This document shows positions 28,818-38,961 of a stretch of DNA of 64,000 nucleotides, one piece after another. How positions within the stretch are numbered: position 1 is the first letter of the stretch; each line of letters starts with the position of its first letter. The translations under genes were made by a program, and so were the position numbers. The DNA comes from a virus. A model generated the notes under the pieces. The model saw nothing but the letters and a program-made list of their open reading frames with translations. It was not told the DNA's origin and did not search any database. The stretch is from positions 32,001-96,000 of IMG/VR virus record IMGVR_UViG_3300031746_000003; one strand, given 5' to 3'.

Positions 28818-31800
28818 ATGGCTGCTGAACTCCCCCGCCCAGGGGTCGAAGTAATCCAGGTTTTCCGGACCACCTCCCCAACGGTGATCACCCCCACGCT
28901 CACGCCTTGCGTGGTCGGCGTAGCCAAGCAGATTGTTGATGTTCTGGTGCCAACGGGCTCTGGTAGCAACACGCTGAACACGGCGGCGTTGATTAACATG
29001 CCTGGCTTCTTCATCTCGAAGGATGCCGTTGGTGACCCGCCTATCTACAGCATTCTTGACGGCGATGCGTTTAGCATTTCCGTAAATGGTGGTGCAGATA
29101 TCACACTAGAGTTCTCTGACCTAGCGGCAGCTGGTCTTTCCCCAGCAGATATCGTTGCTCAGGTAAACGAGCAGCTGCTGGCGCAGAACGTCTCTAGCAT
29201 TCGCGCTACCCAGGTTGGAGATCTAACTTGGCGCCTAGCCACAGTTGGTCTTGGGGAGTTCCAGTACATCACCATACTAGACGCTGACGCTTCGGTGCTC
29301 AGCGCCTTTGGTATCGGCATAGGCAAGACCTACGCCGGTCTGGACAACTACAACCAGCTCATTGCTGAGATTCCTCAGGCAAACTTTCCAGACCCACGTA
29401 GCAATCTTTCGCAGTTGGCTATCGAGAACGATTCTATCCGAGTCTTTCTAGCGACCGGTAACGGAGCCAACCTACTAGAGACCAGCCGCACGTCAGCGTT
29501 CTGCCGTAATGGAGCTACCAGCAAGGTAGTTGTTACAGGTATTACGGACATTGCACTATTAGCCTTGTACGGCGGTGCGGGTACATTGGACACCACCGTA
29601 CTCAACATGTCCATAAATGGTGCGACGTCACCAACAGCACTGACCTTTGTAGGCCTTACAAACGCCTTAAATGAAGCAGCTATGTTGGCGGCTATCACGG
29701 CTACTTTCCCTGGTGTAGTAGCCAGCTTTGTAGCCGTGGGCCCAGTGCACAACCTTGTACTCACCACGACCATCAGTGGAGCACCTGCTCAGATTCGCAT
29801 CTTTGCTGGTACTGCCAACGCGATTCTGGGTCTCTCAGTGTCTGACACAGTGGGTGGAACTATCTCTGCTGTCGATGACGGCAATGGAGACACAGTTACT
29901 CCATTGATAGAGTTCGGTGGGTACACCCCACAGGCCTTTACGGTTACGCCTACCCAAGCGGTACTAACTGCGTCTTCTGCACTCACACTACCACCAGCAG
30001 CGGGCTCGACACTTATACTGAATGGTGGAGACCAGACACAGACGATCACCTTTGATGGTACTGAGGTACTAGCTGCTGCGGTACATGCGGCTATCAATGC
30101 CGTAGTTGGACCTGCCGCTGGTGGTCACATCACTGCAAGTGGGGCTACTCTAGTTCTTACCCACGACCGTTTTGGGACGGACAGTGTGATCAACATTGTC
30201 GGTGGTACAGCGCTAGCGACTAGCCTAGACCCCGGTGTAACACCGACTATTGTAGCTGGGGCTACGAAGCGCGGAATTGTGTCTAAGCCGGAGGCGGGTG
30301 ACTCGCTCTACTTAGATGGTTCGTTCTACGCGACCATTCTTCAGGTAGCACCTGGCCTTGTTACCAGCCGCGTGAAGATCGACCGACAGGTGCCAATTAA
30401 GGCTGACCTAGCGCAGACCTTCTACATCGTTGCCAACAACCTGCCTGGTATAGCAAGCAGGCCGCTACCGGAGCTAACCATCACCCTAAATGGGGACGTG
30501 GTTATCAAGCAGGAGCTCCTCAGGGAGATCACGGGCACCTCTGTAGGTACTCTACGAGCTCCTATCTACCTGGCGTACAAGGCCGTTCGTAAGGACGTTA
30601 CCTCGGCAGCTACCTCCCCTGGTCTCCTACGGTACGACAACACGACCACGCTTACTCAGGACCTCAGCCCGATTAACGTGTCCAACCCACTTGCCCTTGG
30701 GTTGTTCTTCGCTCTTCTCAATGCCCCAGGTGCTCAGGTTACTGGCATCGGTGTTGACGAGGTTAGCGCAGACTCCCCGTACGGCACAGTCGAAGGGTTC
30801 ACGCGAGCGGCTGAGTACCTTGAGAACTTCGAGGTCTACGCAATCGCTCCGCTGACCCACGACGATACGGTTGGCCAGGTGTACAACACCCACATCACGG
30901 TGATGAGCTCCCCCGCTAACAAGGGTGAGCGCATTGCTATCTGGAACCCGGCTACGCCAACCAAGAAGCTAGACACACTAGTTGCGTCTGGCTCTGATGG
31001 TAATAGCTCAGGTCCCAGCGGTACTCTGTTCGATACTGGTGTAGCTAACCTGTCTGCCCTTCTGCTGAACGCAGGGGTAAACCCGGTTGGTACGATACCG
31101 GTATCGAAGGGTGTGTTCCTGGACATCGCCAGTGACAGCAAGCACTACTCGGTGCAGTCTATCTCGGGCGCTACCGTCACCATCAGGACAGTGTTTGGTC
31201 CTGGTGAGAACACGGATGCTTTCTACTCCACTACTGACCTGAACACTCCCCCTCTGCCAGCCTCGCTTATAGAGGAAGCGTTTAGTGTTAAGGTCCGTGG
31301 AGCAGCACTCGCTACGGTATCAGGTATGCCTGACCGTAACGGTATTGCGGCCACCGTAACCGGCATTGGCCAGTCCTTCCTGAACCGCAGGTTCTGGATG
31401 ACCTTCCCTGACAAAGCGGGTGCTGTCATAGAGGGCACTGACCAGATCGTGGAGGGCTTCTACATGAACGCGGCTATCGCGGGCATGATTGGCCAGCAGC
31501 CTCCTCAGCAGTCCTTCACGAACTTCCCGATGACTGGGTTCACCCGAGTCATTGGATCGAGTGAAGTCTACTCGGAGCGTCAGCTGAACCAGATGGCTGC
31601 AGGTGGCGCGTACATCATCGTGCAGGACTTCATCGGAGCTCCGCTCATCGCCCGGATGGCTCTCACCACGGACCTCACGTCTGTGGAGACCCGTACGGAC
31701 TCCATCACGAAGGTTGTCGACTTCACCGCGAAGTTCCTGCGCAAGTCGCTCAAGAACTTCATTGGTAGGTTCAACATCACCCAGGGTCTACTGGACAGCC

Positions 31801-31973
31801 TTGGTACTGTTATCCAGGGTTCTCTAGGGTTCCTCATCGAGCACGGCATCCTCATCGGTGGGCAGCTGAACAACATTGTTCAGGACGAGACTGCTCCTGA
31901 CACGGTGCTTATCGATATCACCCTGGATGTTCCATATCCCTGCAACTACATCCGTCTGACCCTATTCATCTGA
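28818..31973 (+). CDS. Contractile tail sheath protein
   Basis: N-terminal RPGVEVIQ...PCVVG; C-terminal SITKVVDF...IDITLDVPYPCNYIRLTL; 1051 aa with insertion domains. Confidence 0.9.
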   Translation: MAAELPRPGVEVIQVFRTTSPTVITPTLTPCVVGVAKQIVDVLVPTGSGSNTLNTAALINMPGFFISKDAVGDPPIYSILDGDAFSISVNGGADITLEFSDLAAAGLSPADIVAQVNEQLLAQNVSSIRATQVGDLTWRLATVGLGEFQYITILDADASVLSAFGIGIGKTYAGLDNYNQLIAEIPQANFPDPRSNLSQLAIENDSIRVFLATGNGANLLETSRTSAFCRNGATSKVVVTGITDIALLALYGGAGTLDTTVLNMSINGATSPTALTFVGLTNALNEAAMLAAITATFPGVVASFVAVGPVHNLVLTTTISGAPAQIRIFAGTANAILGLSVSDTVGGTISAVDDGNGDTVTPLIEFGGYTPQAFTVTPTQAVLTASSALTLPPAAGSTLILNGGDQTQTITFDGTEVLAAAVHAAINAVVGPAAGGHITASGATLVLTHDRFGTDSVINIVGGTALATSLDPGVTPTIVAGATKRGIVSKPEAGDSLYLDGSFYATILQVAPGLVTSRVKIDRQVPIKADLAQTFYIVANNLPGIASRPLPELTITLNGDVVIKQELLREITGTSVGTLRAPIYLAYKAVRKDVTSAATSPGLLRYDNTTTLTQDLSPINVSNPLALGLFFALLNAPGAQVTGIGVDEVSADSPYGTVEGFTRAAEYLENFEVYAIAPLTHDDTVGQVYNTHITVMSSPANKGERIAIWNPATPTKKLDTLVASGSDGNSSGPSGTLFDTGVANLSALLLNAGVNPVGTIPVSKGVFLDIASDSKHYSVQSISGATVTIRTVFGPGENTDAFYSTTDLNTPPLPASLIEEAFSVKVRGAALATVSGMPDRNGIAATVTGIGQSFLNRRFWMTFPDKAGAVIEGTDQIVEGFYMNAAIAGMIGQQPPQQSFTNFPMTGFTRVIGSSEVYSERQLNQMAAGGAYIIVQDFIGAPLIARMALTTDLTSVETRTDSITKVVDFTAKFLRKSLKNFIGRFNITQGLLDSLGTVIQGSLGFLIEHGILIGGQLNNIVQDETAPDTVLIDITLDVPYPCNYIRLTLFI

Positions 31974-31980
31974 GAGCCCA

Positions 31981-32202
31981 ATGGACATTGAGCACATCAG
32001 AAAACTGGCCTCACTAGCTAACGGCAAGGAGCTTCTTGAGAAGCTCTCTGCCCCAGTTATACCGAGTCCTTTGACTGCGACTCTTCTGCATAAGGCAGCT
32101 GAGTGTGACGTGCGCTTTCTCAAGATCGCAGCCTGGATGAACACAGGTGATACACTAGAGGCCTACGAGGCACTAACTGGCCGTAACGTAGAGCAGGAAT
32201 AA
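31981..32202 (+). CDS. Small K-x-A-rich protein
   Basis: 73 aa with KLAS, EKLS, KAAE, KIAA. Confidence 0.6.
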   Translation: MDIEHIRKLASLANGKELLEKLSAPVIPSPLTATLLHKAAECDVRFLKIAAWMNTGDTLEAYEALTGRNVEQE

Positions 32203-32213
32203 AAGGAGTTATC

Positions 32214-33026
32214 ATGGCCGGCACATTTTCCGAGTGGTCACCATACACAAACTACGTTCAGGCCGGTATGGTCGACGGGGCGTACGCCAACGCTGGCTAC
32301 ACCATGTTGGCAGCTGGTCCTCCGCGACTAGCTAACATCGGTGGAGCAGCAGCACTAGCTTCTCAGGTTAGTGGAGCTGTCATCAGCTCTAACGGTGGCG
32401 CCCAGCCTCCTGTATCAGCTGGCGCTAACCAGATCGTGTTCCCGATTGGTATCGTGCAGAACTTCAACCTGTCTCACACCAGGCAGTTCTCCAGGATCTT
32501 CGAAATTGGGTCAGAGCGAAGCTACTTCATTGCTGGTAGGACGGTAGGCCAGATCGGTCTAGCTCGCATCTACTACCACGGTGCTTCGCTGCTACGCACG
32601 ATGTACGCGTACTACAGCGACATCATCCCGCCCACAGTAGTGCAGCCAATGTTCGGCAACATCGGTTCGCAGACGATGTCCAACCCGCACGATGTGATCA
32701 TCCCTCCTGGGTATGAGAACATCTACATCAACCTGGCTTCCGACTTGTTCGCGCAGCCTGTAGGCCTACTGATGTACATCCGTGACATCAACCAGGACGC
32801 TCTTGGTGCGATGTACTTCGAAGCGTGCTACATGCCGAACCACAGTTGGGCAACAGACTCTCAGGGTGTGCTCATCCAGGAGTCGGTAGCGGTGCAGTTC
32901 GAGCGTGGAGTACCAGTTGAGATCGCGGCACTGAGCCTAGTTGGTGGCCAGAACGCTGGTGGTGCCGATGTCTTCTCTCCGCCTGGGCAGGGTTCAGGTA
33001 CCATCCTAGGTATCCCTGGTTCGTGA
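32214..33026 (+). CDS. Tail tube protein
   Basis: IGIVQNFNL...RIFEIGS...YFEACY...LIQESVAVQFER; AAGGAG SD; follows the sheath. Confidence 0.8.
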   Translation: MAGTFSEWSPYTNYVQAGMVDGAYANAGYTMLAAGPPRLANIGGAAALASQVSGAVISSNGGAQPPVSAGANQIVFPIGIVQNFNLSHTRQFSRIFEIGSERSYFIAGRTVGQIGLARIYYHGASLLRTMYAYYSDIIPPTVVQPMFGNIGSQTMSNPHDVIIPPGYENIYINLASDLFAQPVGLLMYIRDINQDALGAMYFEACYMPNHSWATDSQGVLIQESVAVQFERGVPVEIAALSLVGGQNAGGADVFSPPGQGSGTILGIPGS

Positions 33027-33040
33027 TAGGACGCTACTAG

Positions 33041-33424
33041 ATGTCCACACCGTTTACGCTGTCAGGTACGTTACAGCTACCCCCTGACCTGGGGGTGCCT
33101 AACACTAACATTCCTTTCAGCACATCGTCTGGGTTCGATTCCAGGAGCGAAGCTGAGTACAACTTTGTGGGTGCAGGCACTAAGGTCGTAGACTTTGGCA
33201 CCATTACTTCTCCTGGGGCCAAGGCTATCCTCATAGAGGTAGACCCGAACGCTACTGCAACCCCCGTATTGGTTCAGTTCAACGGTGGTGGAGCTCCTGG
33301 CCAGGTAGAGATTGCTCCTGGTGGTTTCATTGCCTACGCTAACCCCGTGCCGTTGACCGGCATAACCTCCGTATCTATCGTGTACTCTACAAATGTCAGG
33401 GTACGTATACGTTTGCTAGGATAA
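33041..33424 (+). CDS. Hypothetical beta-rich structural protein
   Basis: 127-aa ORF after the tube gene. Confidence 0.6.
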   Translation: MSTPFTLSGTLQLPPDLGVPNTNIPFSTSSGFDSRSEAEYNFVGAGTKVVDFGTITSPGAKAILIEVDPNATATPVLVQFNGGGAPGQVEIAPGGFIAYANPVPLTGITSVSIVYSTNVRVRIRLLG

Positions 33425-33434
33425 TAGACTTCAT

Positions 33435-33806
33435 ATGTTGGCCTTCGCTAGCGAAGAAGTAGTGGGGGTAGGAGTCAAGGCAGGCCTCTCGATACTGGAA
33501 TCCAGTATCTTAGGGGCCATTGCTATTTTGGCCATCGCCATAACTGGCTGGGCTATCTTTAAGCTCAGCCACGTCCAGGACCTGCGCGTTGCCGATCAGA
33601 AAGCCATCAACGATAAGATGGAGAAGCTGATCGAGAAGATGACTACTGCGTTCAGCGAGATCAATAATACGCTGGGCAACTTGGTCACCTCTGACAAGGA
33701 TAGCCAAGGGGTATTGCTGGGGTTGAAAGGGTCACTTGACGGGGTGATCATGGAAGCTATCAGGAGGAGTGGTGGGGGCACCTACCCCCCAGGGAGAACA
33801 CGTTGA
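33435..33806 (+). CDS. Putative holin-like membrane protein
   Basis: N-terminal TM (ILGAIAILAIAITGWAIF) plus coiled coil. Confidence 0.45.
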   Translation: MLAFASEEVVGVGVKAGLSILESSILGAIAILAIAITGWAIFKLSHVQDLRVADQKAINDKMEKLIEKMTTAFSEINNTLGNLVTSDKDSQGVLLGLKGSLDGVIMEAIRRSGGGTYPPGRTR

Positions 33807-34072
33807 TGTTCGCATTCCTTCATAAGCTGGTCGGCTCTACGAGCGTACACAAGAGTGAAGAGGCTAGGTTTAAGAAGAACTTAGACAACATGGACTCTAA
33901 GGAGTCTGAATTAGACGCTCTTCGTGATACGCTACGTAAGATTCAAGGCAGCATGGGCCAGAAGCAAGAGCTCATGCGGACCATAAGTAGCTCATCACTT
34001 AAGGCGGTACGTCCAGATGGCGGAGAACAACTCACCGGAGCTCAGCTCCTCAGACCTCACCAGAAAGCCTAA
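33803..34072 (+). CDS. Hypothetical coiled-coil protein
   Basis: Overlap-coupled within the membrane-protein cluster. Confidence 0.55.
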   Translation: MMFAFLHKLVGSTSVHKSEEARFKKNLDNMDSKESELDALRDTLRKIQGSMGQKQELMRTISSSSLKAVRPDGGEQLTGAQLLRPHQKA

Positions 34073-34640
34073 CCAGACCCTTCTAGATCTGGGTGAGAAG
34101 TTTTCTGCGCTGATTCAACCGCTACAGGCTATTCTCGATCACTTGATTGAGAACAACAAGATAGCCGCACGGGGAGCTCGGCTAACTACCTTTGTGTTGT
34201 GGGGCTTGCTGACCTGCTTTGTGTTAGCCGCTGTTGTGTTGATACGCGTGGAGAACGCTACTAGCCGGCTGATCAAGGCGCAGGAGAGCGAGGAGAGGCT
34301 TGCCCGCAGGATCGAAGACAGTATCCGCATCACCAACGTGGTCGCGCAGACCACCAAGGATACTCAGAAGACTGTTGTTGCCGTGCAGGATGAGGCTGCT
34401 AGCCAACCCTCTGTTGTTGTACTTCCTGGTGTGGCTAAGGATGAACTAAAGGTGGTTATACAGCCACGTAGAAAGGTCCACGTACCAGAGCTCGTAGCTA
34501 TGCAGTCTGACTCTGTAACTGTCTCTGCATCTGACTCCGCACCTGTCTCTGCACCAATGGCCATAGAAGAGAAAGCTGTAGAGATACCAGTTAAGGCAGA
34601 CTCCGAGTTGGGTCGTCAGCTAAGTGGTCTCAAGCGATGA
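34017..34640 (+). CDS. Single-TM coiled-coil protein (inner-spanin-like topology)
   Basis: TM FVLWGLLTCFVLAAVVLI followed by a coiled coil. Confidence 0.45.
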   Translation: MAENNSPELSSSDLTRKPNQTLLDLGEKFSALIQPLQAILDHLIENNKIAARGARLTTFVLWGLLTCFVLAAVVLIRVENATSRLIKAQESEERLARRIEDSIRITNVVAQTTKDTQKTVVAVQDEAASQPSVVVLPGVAKDELKVVIQPRRKVHVPELVAMQSDSVTVSASDSAPVSAPMAIEEKAVEIPVKADSELGRQLSGLKR

Positions 34641-36274
34641 CTATTAGAAGGTCAGACTTGGGGCACATAAAGGCTGCTGAAGGTGTGCCTACTGCTTTAC
34701 GTATTGCTGCTGCGATACTGGCACCTGCTCTCATGTACTCACTGTACAGGGGTAGCGAAGACTCCGATAAGAAAGTACGTAATGAGCAGCAGGCTACTCG
34801 CGCTGCTGAGGCGAACAGGATGGAACCTGGCATTGCGCCATTACGTAAGCACGGTCCAGCACAGAGGCAGCATATGGAGATATCCGCCGATGATATGGGT
34901 GGTATGGACCCACTTGCCATGGACGCATTGTTCAAGGGCAGCTCTGCTTCTTACGCAGCAGCTGAGCAGACCGGCAGAGCTATGGCCAGGATGGCTAGCT
35001 CAGACCAGGTGAAACTTGCTGAGCAGGTAAAGCTCTCTGACGGGACACTGGGAGGTATTTTTGGGGCAGGTCTAAAGTCTGTCCCGAAGGTTCATGTGCC
35101 TATAGCTCCTGCTGTTCAGCGAGCTCGTAACGCCGCTACAGTAGTGGCATCTGGGAGCATCCCTGCTCCACCAGCAGCGATAAGAGCTGCCGGGGCTAAG
35201 GCACAGTTGAGCGCTCCTCCTGTAGCCGCACCAGTAGCGGCTGCACCAGCAGTTGCCCAGGTAGCTAAAGCTACCCCTCCTCCAGTACCTAAGAGGACTG
35301 CGCCTATAGGGCAGGTTAACTTACCAGGAGGTTCACCAGAGTTTGCAGCTAACGATAACCTACACACCCCAATATCCCCTGGGCTGCAGCATCTAGTTGA
35401 CCATGGCATTGCTGACCGTCAGTTTGCTCAGTCAGCGGCTCCTCCAGCTACGCGTGTGCGTAGTGGTGTGCTGATGCCGCCTGGAGCAAAACCCTCAGCT
35501 ACTAGCACAAGTCAAGCTAACCAGATGAGGTCTATACAGGCCAACACACAGCGTAAAGCGCAGAGTGTTCGTGCCCTGGCAGAGCCATCCTCTATTCAGG
35601 AGCTAAGTGCTGGTCGTCTTGCACCACCATCTGCGCCTCTGGGTCCGTTACCAGGGGCTATACCCACACAAGTACCTTCTATGGGTAACTACCGTGGCCC
35701 TCAAAGTAAAAATCTTCAGGCAGCAACCGCAGCTGCTATTGGCGCCCACAGAGTTATAACTGAGCCTGTCCAAACGGTTAAGAATCTAGCTGAGGGGGCA
35801 GCCGAGAAACTTAGGGCGGGTGTTCGTAAGGTAGCGCCTAACTCACCTCTAGGACAGAAGTCACCCGAGCGTATCAGCCAAGAGCTGAATAAAGCTCAAG
35901 CTGGGGCGCAAGGTATAGCTGAGACCGCAGCAGCATCCGGTGTTACGCACAATACTACGGGCACTCTAGCCCCACCGAATGTACTAGCCCCAGAGAGTGG
36001 TGCTGGTAACATGGCTCCACCTAGTACCCCTGGTGCAGTAGATTCTCCGCGTGGTGTACCTGCTTCTCCGGGGCAAGTTGCTTCTCCGGCAGAAGCTAAA
36101 GGTAAGGGGTGGGGCACCGCTGGGCTACTAGCTGGTGGGGCTCTTGCTCTTGGTGGTTACGGGGCTTATCGAGCAACAAAGGGAGTTGCCGATTACATGA
36201 GTCAGCCTTCAGGGCAGTACTCTTACGGGCACGGTTATGCCCCGCAAGCCGGGCTCTCTCCGTACGGGTATTAG
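34637..36274 (+). CDS. Pro/Ala-rich K-x-A-tagged virion protein with glycine zipper
   Basis: KAAE, VKLAE, VKLSD; C-terminal GLLAGGALALGGYG. Confidence 0.55.
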   Translation: MTIRRSDLGHIKAAEGVPTALRIAAAILAPALMYSLYRGSEDSDKKVRNEQQATRAAEANRMEPGIAPLRKHGPAQRQHMEISADDMGGMDPLAMDALFKGSSASYAAAEQTGRAMARMASSDQVKLAEQVKLSDGTLGGIFGAGLKSVPKVHVPIAPAVQRARNAATVVASGSIPAPPAAIRAAGAKAQLSAPPVAAPVAAAPAVAQVAKATPPPVPKRTAPIGQVNLPGGSPEFAANDNLHTPISPGLQHLVDHGIADRQFAQSAAPPATRVRSGVLMPPGAKPSATSTSQANQMRSIQANTQRKAQSVRALAEPSSIQELSAGRLAPPSAPLGPLPGAIPTQVPSMGNYRGPQSKNLQAATAAAIGAHRVITEPVQTVKNLAEGAAEKLRAGVRKVAPNSPLGQKSPERISQELNKAQAGAQGIAETAAASGVTHNTTGTLAPPNVLAPESGAGNMAPPSTPGAVDSPRGVPASPGQVASPAEAKGKGWGTAGLLAGGALALGGYGAYRATKGVADYMSQPSGQYSYGHGYAPQAGLSPYGY

Positions 36275-36576
36275 AGCCACCAGAAAGCAGGGACACCATC
36301 TACCATAGGAGGTGGAGTTTCCTTCTCCGCCTTTGGTAGTACTGGTCTGGTGTCCTGCTTAGGTATGGTTGACGTAGGACGGGGTGTTGTAGCTCTGTTG
36401 TAGTCAACCACGGCTCTATCTAGTAGTCGTAGTTCCGCCTCATCCAGATCTGGTAGGTTCTTCTTGCCTGCGATCATCAGTTGTATGAGCTCAGCGGCAG
36501 CAGGCTCATACTTGTCTGGGTTATCTAGCAGGTCATAGAAGAGAACCTTTGGGTCTCCTACCAGGCTTTCGAACAT
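36271..36576 (-). CDS. Hypothetical protein (start likely 36576 or 36624, not 36771)
   Basis: Protein-like MFESLVGDPKVLFYDLL; the longer start would overlap the upstream gene by about 240 nt. Confidence 0.55.
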   Translation of the reverse strand: MFESLVGDPKVLFYDLLDNPDKYEPAAAELIQLMIAGKKNLPDLDEAELRLLDRAVVDYNRATTPRPTSTIPKQDTRPVLPKAEKETPPPMVDGVPAFWWL

Positions 36577-36973
36577 CCCCTTGTCTCGCGTCTTTGGCCT
36601 TGGTGCTTCTTCTTGGCTCGCCAATTCGTAGAAGCTCGGGAAGCGTGGATAGGTCTGTATCGCTAGCGGCTGCAATTGCGTCGATCTGTGCAGGGCTAAA
36701 AAATCTGGGTAGCCGACTTTTGAGGTTGGCGAGCTGGGTTCTCCCGAACTCTTCTTCAATTTCTCGTTCATGGGCTAAAACGAAGTATGCCAGGATAGCC
36801 CCAGTCAGTCTATAAAGACTGAGCTGAGGCCACCCCTTCTGTACTAGTCTCCCGTTAATTACCACTAGGTACTTGGCCAGAAGAACCCACACCCTTGGGG
36901 TGGCATTGATGGGCATAGCCTTCATCTGAAGGATCTTCTCAACACCATCTTTCTCTAGTGGATGAAGCTTCAT
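36533..36973 (-). CDS. Hypothetical protein
   Basis: 146 aa in the minus-strand operon. Confidence 0.6.
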   Translation of the reverse strand: MKLHPLEKDGVEKILQMKAMPINATPRVWVLLAKYLVVINGRLVQKGWPQLSLYRLTGAILAYFVLAHEREIEEEFGRTQLANLKSRLPRFFSPAQIDAIAAASDTDLSTLPELLRIGEPRRSTKAKDARQGDVRKPGRRPKGSLL

Positions 36974-36988
36974 ACGTCTGTTGCGAGT

Positions 36989-37159
36989 CTACTCCTCGCC
37001 CTCTAGCGCTTCTCTCAAACGTTCCATTGCCCCGTGGACATCTGGCGGAAGAATGTGGTCGTACCCTCGTAGAACCTCCAGAAGATTAGCAGCCGCATCT
37101 TCTAGCTCACTGTAGAGGGACGCTAAGGCCTTTATTTTGTCAGTACTACTGTCAGTCAT
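36989..37159 (-). CDS. Small hypothetical protein (MTDSSTDK...)
   Basis: ATGA-overlap with the upstream gene's stop; helical. Confidence 0.55.
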   Translation of the reverse strand: MTDSSTDKIKALASLYSELEDAAANLLEVLRGYDHILPPDVHGAMERLREALEGEE

Positions 37160-37371
37160 TTCTTGTCCGCAGGCAGTCCTAGTCGTTCTGCCAAGCACTC
37201 CCGGCATAGAACCGTTTCAGGGTTATCCTCTGTCTTGTCAATAAGTATTTTCTGGTCTACCCCAGTTACCCCAGTTAGTATTTGACCCCTGACGATAAAG
37301 CCATCTTCGGGGTGTAGTAGAACCGCCCCGCAGGCAGGGCCGTCACAGATGTACATCTCTTTCTTAGCCAT
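37156..37371 (-). CDS. Small Zn-finger protein
   Basis: CDGPAC ... CREC; AGAGG SD. Confidence 0.65.
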   Translation of the reverse strand: MAKKEMYICDGPACGAVLLHPEDGFIVRGQILTGVTGVDQKILIDKTEDNPETVLCRECLAERLGLPADKK

Positions 37372-37389
37372 GTTGTAGCCTCTTTGCCC

Positions 37390-37396
37390 TTATCCC
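37390..37396 (-). promoter_or_regulatory. GGGATAA putative phage promoter motif
   Basis: About 18 nt upstream of ATG 37371. Confidence 0.5.
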
Positions 37397-37505
37397 AGGT
37401 ACTCACTACAATTTGTTCAGGTAATGTGGAAAAAGTAATATGGGGGTTGATCTATCTACAACAAGGATATATATCACTAGTCCCTACAGGGGAGAACAAA
37501 AACAT

Positions 37506-38243
37506 ATGACAAAGTCTAGCTACCAGCCACTGAATTATGACCGCTTCATTGAGCGGTTGAAGGCCGACGAGTACGGCAGCATTGCCGGAGCACGCAGAGG
37601 CATTGGCAAGTCTGCCATGAGCACCAAGGAGAAGGAGAAGGCCGGAGAGATTGCTACAAAGCACTTCGGTGCGGATGCAGCGCCAGCCAAGGCAGTTACT
37701 GCCAAGGCCGCTCCTGCTACACGCAAGGGGCTGAAGAAGCTCGTGCGTAAGCCTGGTCGTAAGGCCAAGGTAGTTGAGGTTGTGGCAGAAGCCGCACCGT
37801 CTGAGCCCAAGGTTCGTAAGCAGCGCGCTAAGAAGCAAGCTGCCACTGGTGTAGCAACACCGCGCGTACCGGTTCTAGCGGACCATAACAAGGACCTGCT
37901 CAGCCAGGTTCACATCCTCGGGATGAAGGTTGGCACCTATGCTCAGGCCGTTACGGCGCTTGAGAAGGCGAAGCAGAACAACCCAAAACTCGACGTCTCT
38001 GATGGCATGAGGGCTGCCAAAGAGGGCCTAACAGCTAGTATCCTAGAAATGCAGGCTCTAGGTGTGGCTGCTGCTGTCAGCGACAAAGAGCAGGAAGCCG
38101 TCGTAGCGCCAGAACTAGTTAGCGGTAACGGATCTGGCTCGGCAGATGTGCTGAGCAAGTTCCGTGAGGCTAGCAATAACGCTAGTGCTCGGGCCAAGCA
38201 GGCACTGGAAGCTGCTGGCTACGTGGCCCCTACTGCAGAGTAA
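37506..38243 (+). CDS. Lys/Ala-rich, histone H1-like putative DNA-binding protein
   Basis: KAVTAKAAPATRKGLKKLVRKPGRKAK; GGGGAGA SD before ATG 37506. Confidence 0.55.
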   Translation: MTKSSYQPLNYDRFIERLKADEYGSIAGARRGIGKSAMSTKEKEKAGEIATKHFGADAAPAKAVTAKAAPATRKGLKKLVRKPGRKAKVVEVVAEAAPSEPKVRKQRAKKQAATGVATPRVPVLADHNKDLLSQVHILGMKVGTYAQAVTALEKAKQNNPKLDVSDGMRAAKEGLTASILEMQALGVAAAVSDKEQEAVVAPELVSGNGSGSADVLSKFREASNNASARAKQALEAAGYVAPTAE

Positions 38244-38669
38244 CTAAGCCTCGGCCATATTAGGCTGCCAGAGAAAGCCGATACTATCAGTATCTATTTT
38301 TCTGGCAGCCTTGCCGAGCACATTGATGTCACCGTGACGTTCGATGGGTATAACCCAGGACGTGGAGCCTTCTGGAGTTTCCAGAATTAGCTTCACGTCT
38401 TTTTCGTTTTGCTCAAGTAGTAACATAGCTTTTGGGCTAGTGAGTACTATGGCTTCTACTAGAAGCCCCTTCCACTGTGCCTTATCTTTAGGCAGAGTGA
38501 GCTGGCATGCGCCTGTGATCCAAGACCCATTACTGGTCTGCACTGGCTCTGACGGCCACGTAAGTAGGAACGGCTCTAACTTACCTTGCGTGGTCTTCCA
38601 GCGTTTGTATATCAAGTCTAGGTTGGCTTCCGCCTGTAGAGACAACTGCTCATGGTACTCTTGGTGCAT
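38244..38669 (-). CDS. Hypothetical protein (MHQEYHEQ...)
   Basis: Protein-like from ATG 38669; convergent with the upstream + gene. Confidence 0.6.
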   Translation of the reverse strand: MHQEYHEQLSLQAEANLDLIYKRWKTTQGKLEPFLLTWPSEPVQTSNGSWITGACQLTLPKDKAQWKGLLVEAIVLTSPKAMLLLEQNEKDVKLILETPEGSTSWVIPIERHGDINVLGKAARKIDTDSIGFLWQPNMAEA

Positions 38670-38949
38670 GTTGTATGCTAACTCTCGTCTGCTAGATGTA
38701 CGTCGTAAACTACCGAGATGGCTACCATACATCAAAAAGTTTTCATACGCCGATGATATACGAATACTACCAGGGGCATCAGGTGAGTTTACGGTACTAG
38801 CCACTTGGAACACTCCAAAGCCAGGTAGCTATAGTAGGAAGTTTGATCTGTCCTACATAGTTAAGCCTGGTGGTAAAGGGATGAGCAAGAAGGCTTGTAG
38901 GTTTGCTGACGATATCATAATGGATATCCTCTTGGAGAGGCGTAAGTAG
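38668..38949 (+). CDS. Hypothetical basic protein (MLYANSRL...)
   Basis: The 3' part of ORF 38344-38949 fills the gap; ATG shares CATG 38667-38670. Confidence 0.5.
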   Translation: MLYANSRLLDVRRKLPRWLPYIKKFSYADDIRILPGASGEFTVLATWNTPKPGSYSRKFDLSYIVKPGGKGMSKKACRFADDIIMDILLERRK

Positions 38950-38961
38950 TATACTCACGAC

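Noticed and set aside
36577-36771. Apparent 240-nt same-strand overprinting
   Set aside because: A later start (36576 or 36624) removes most of the overlap, and the extension is not protein-like.
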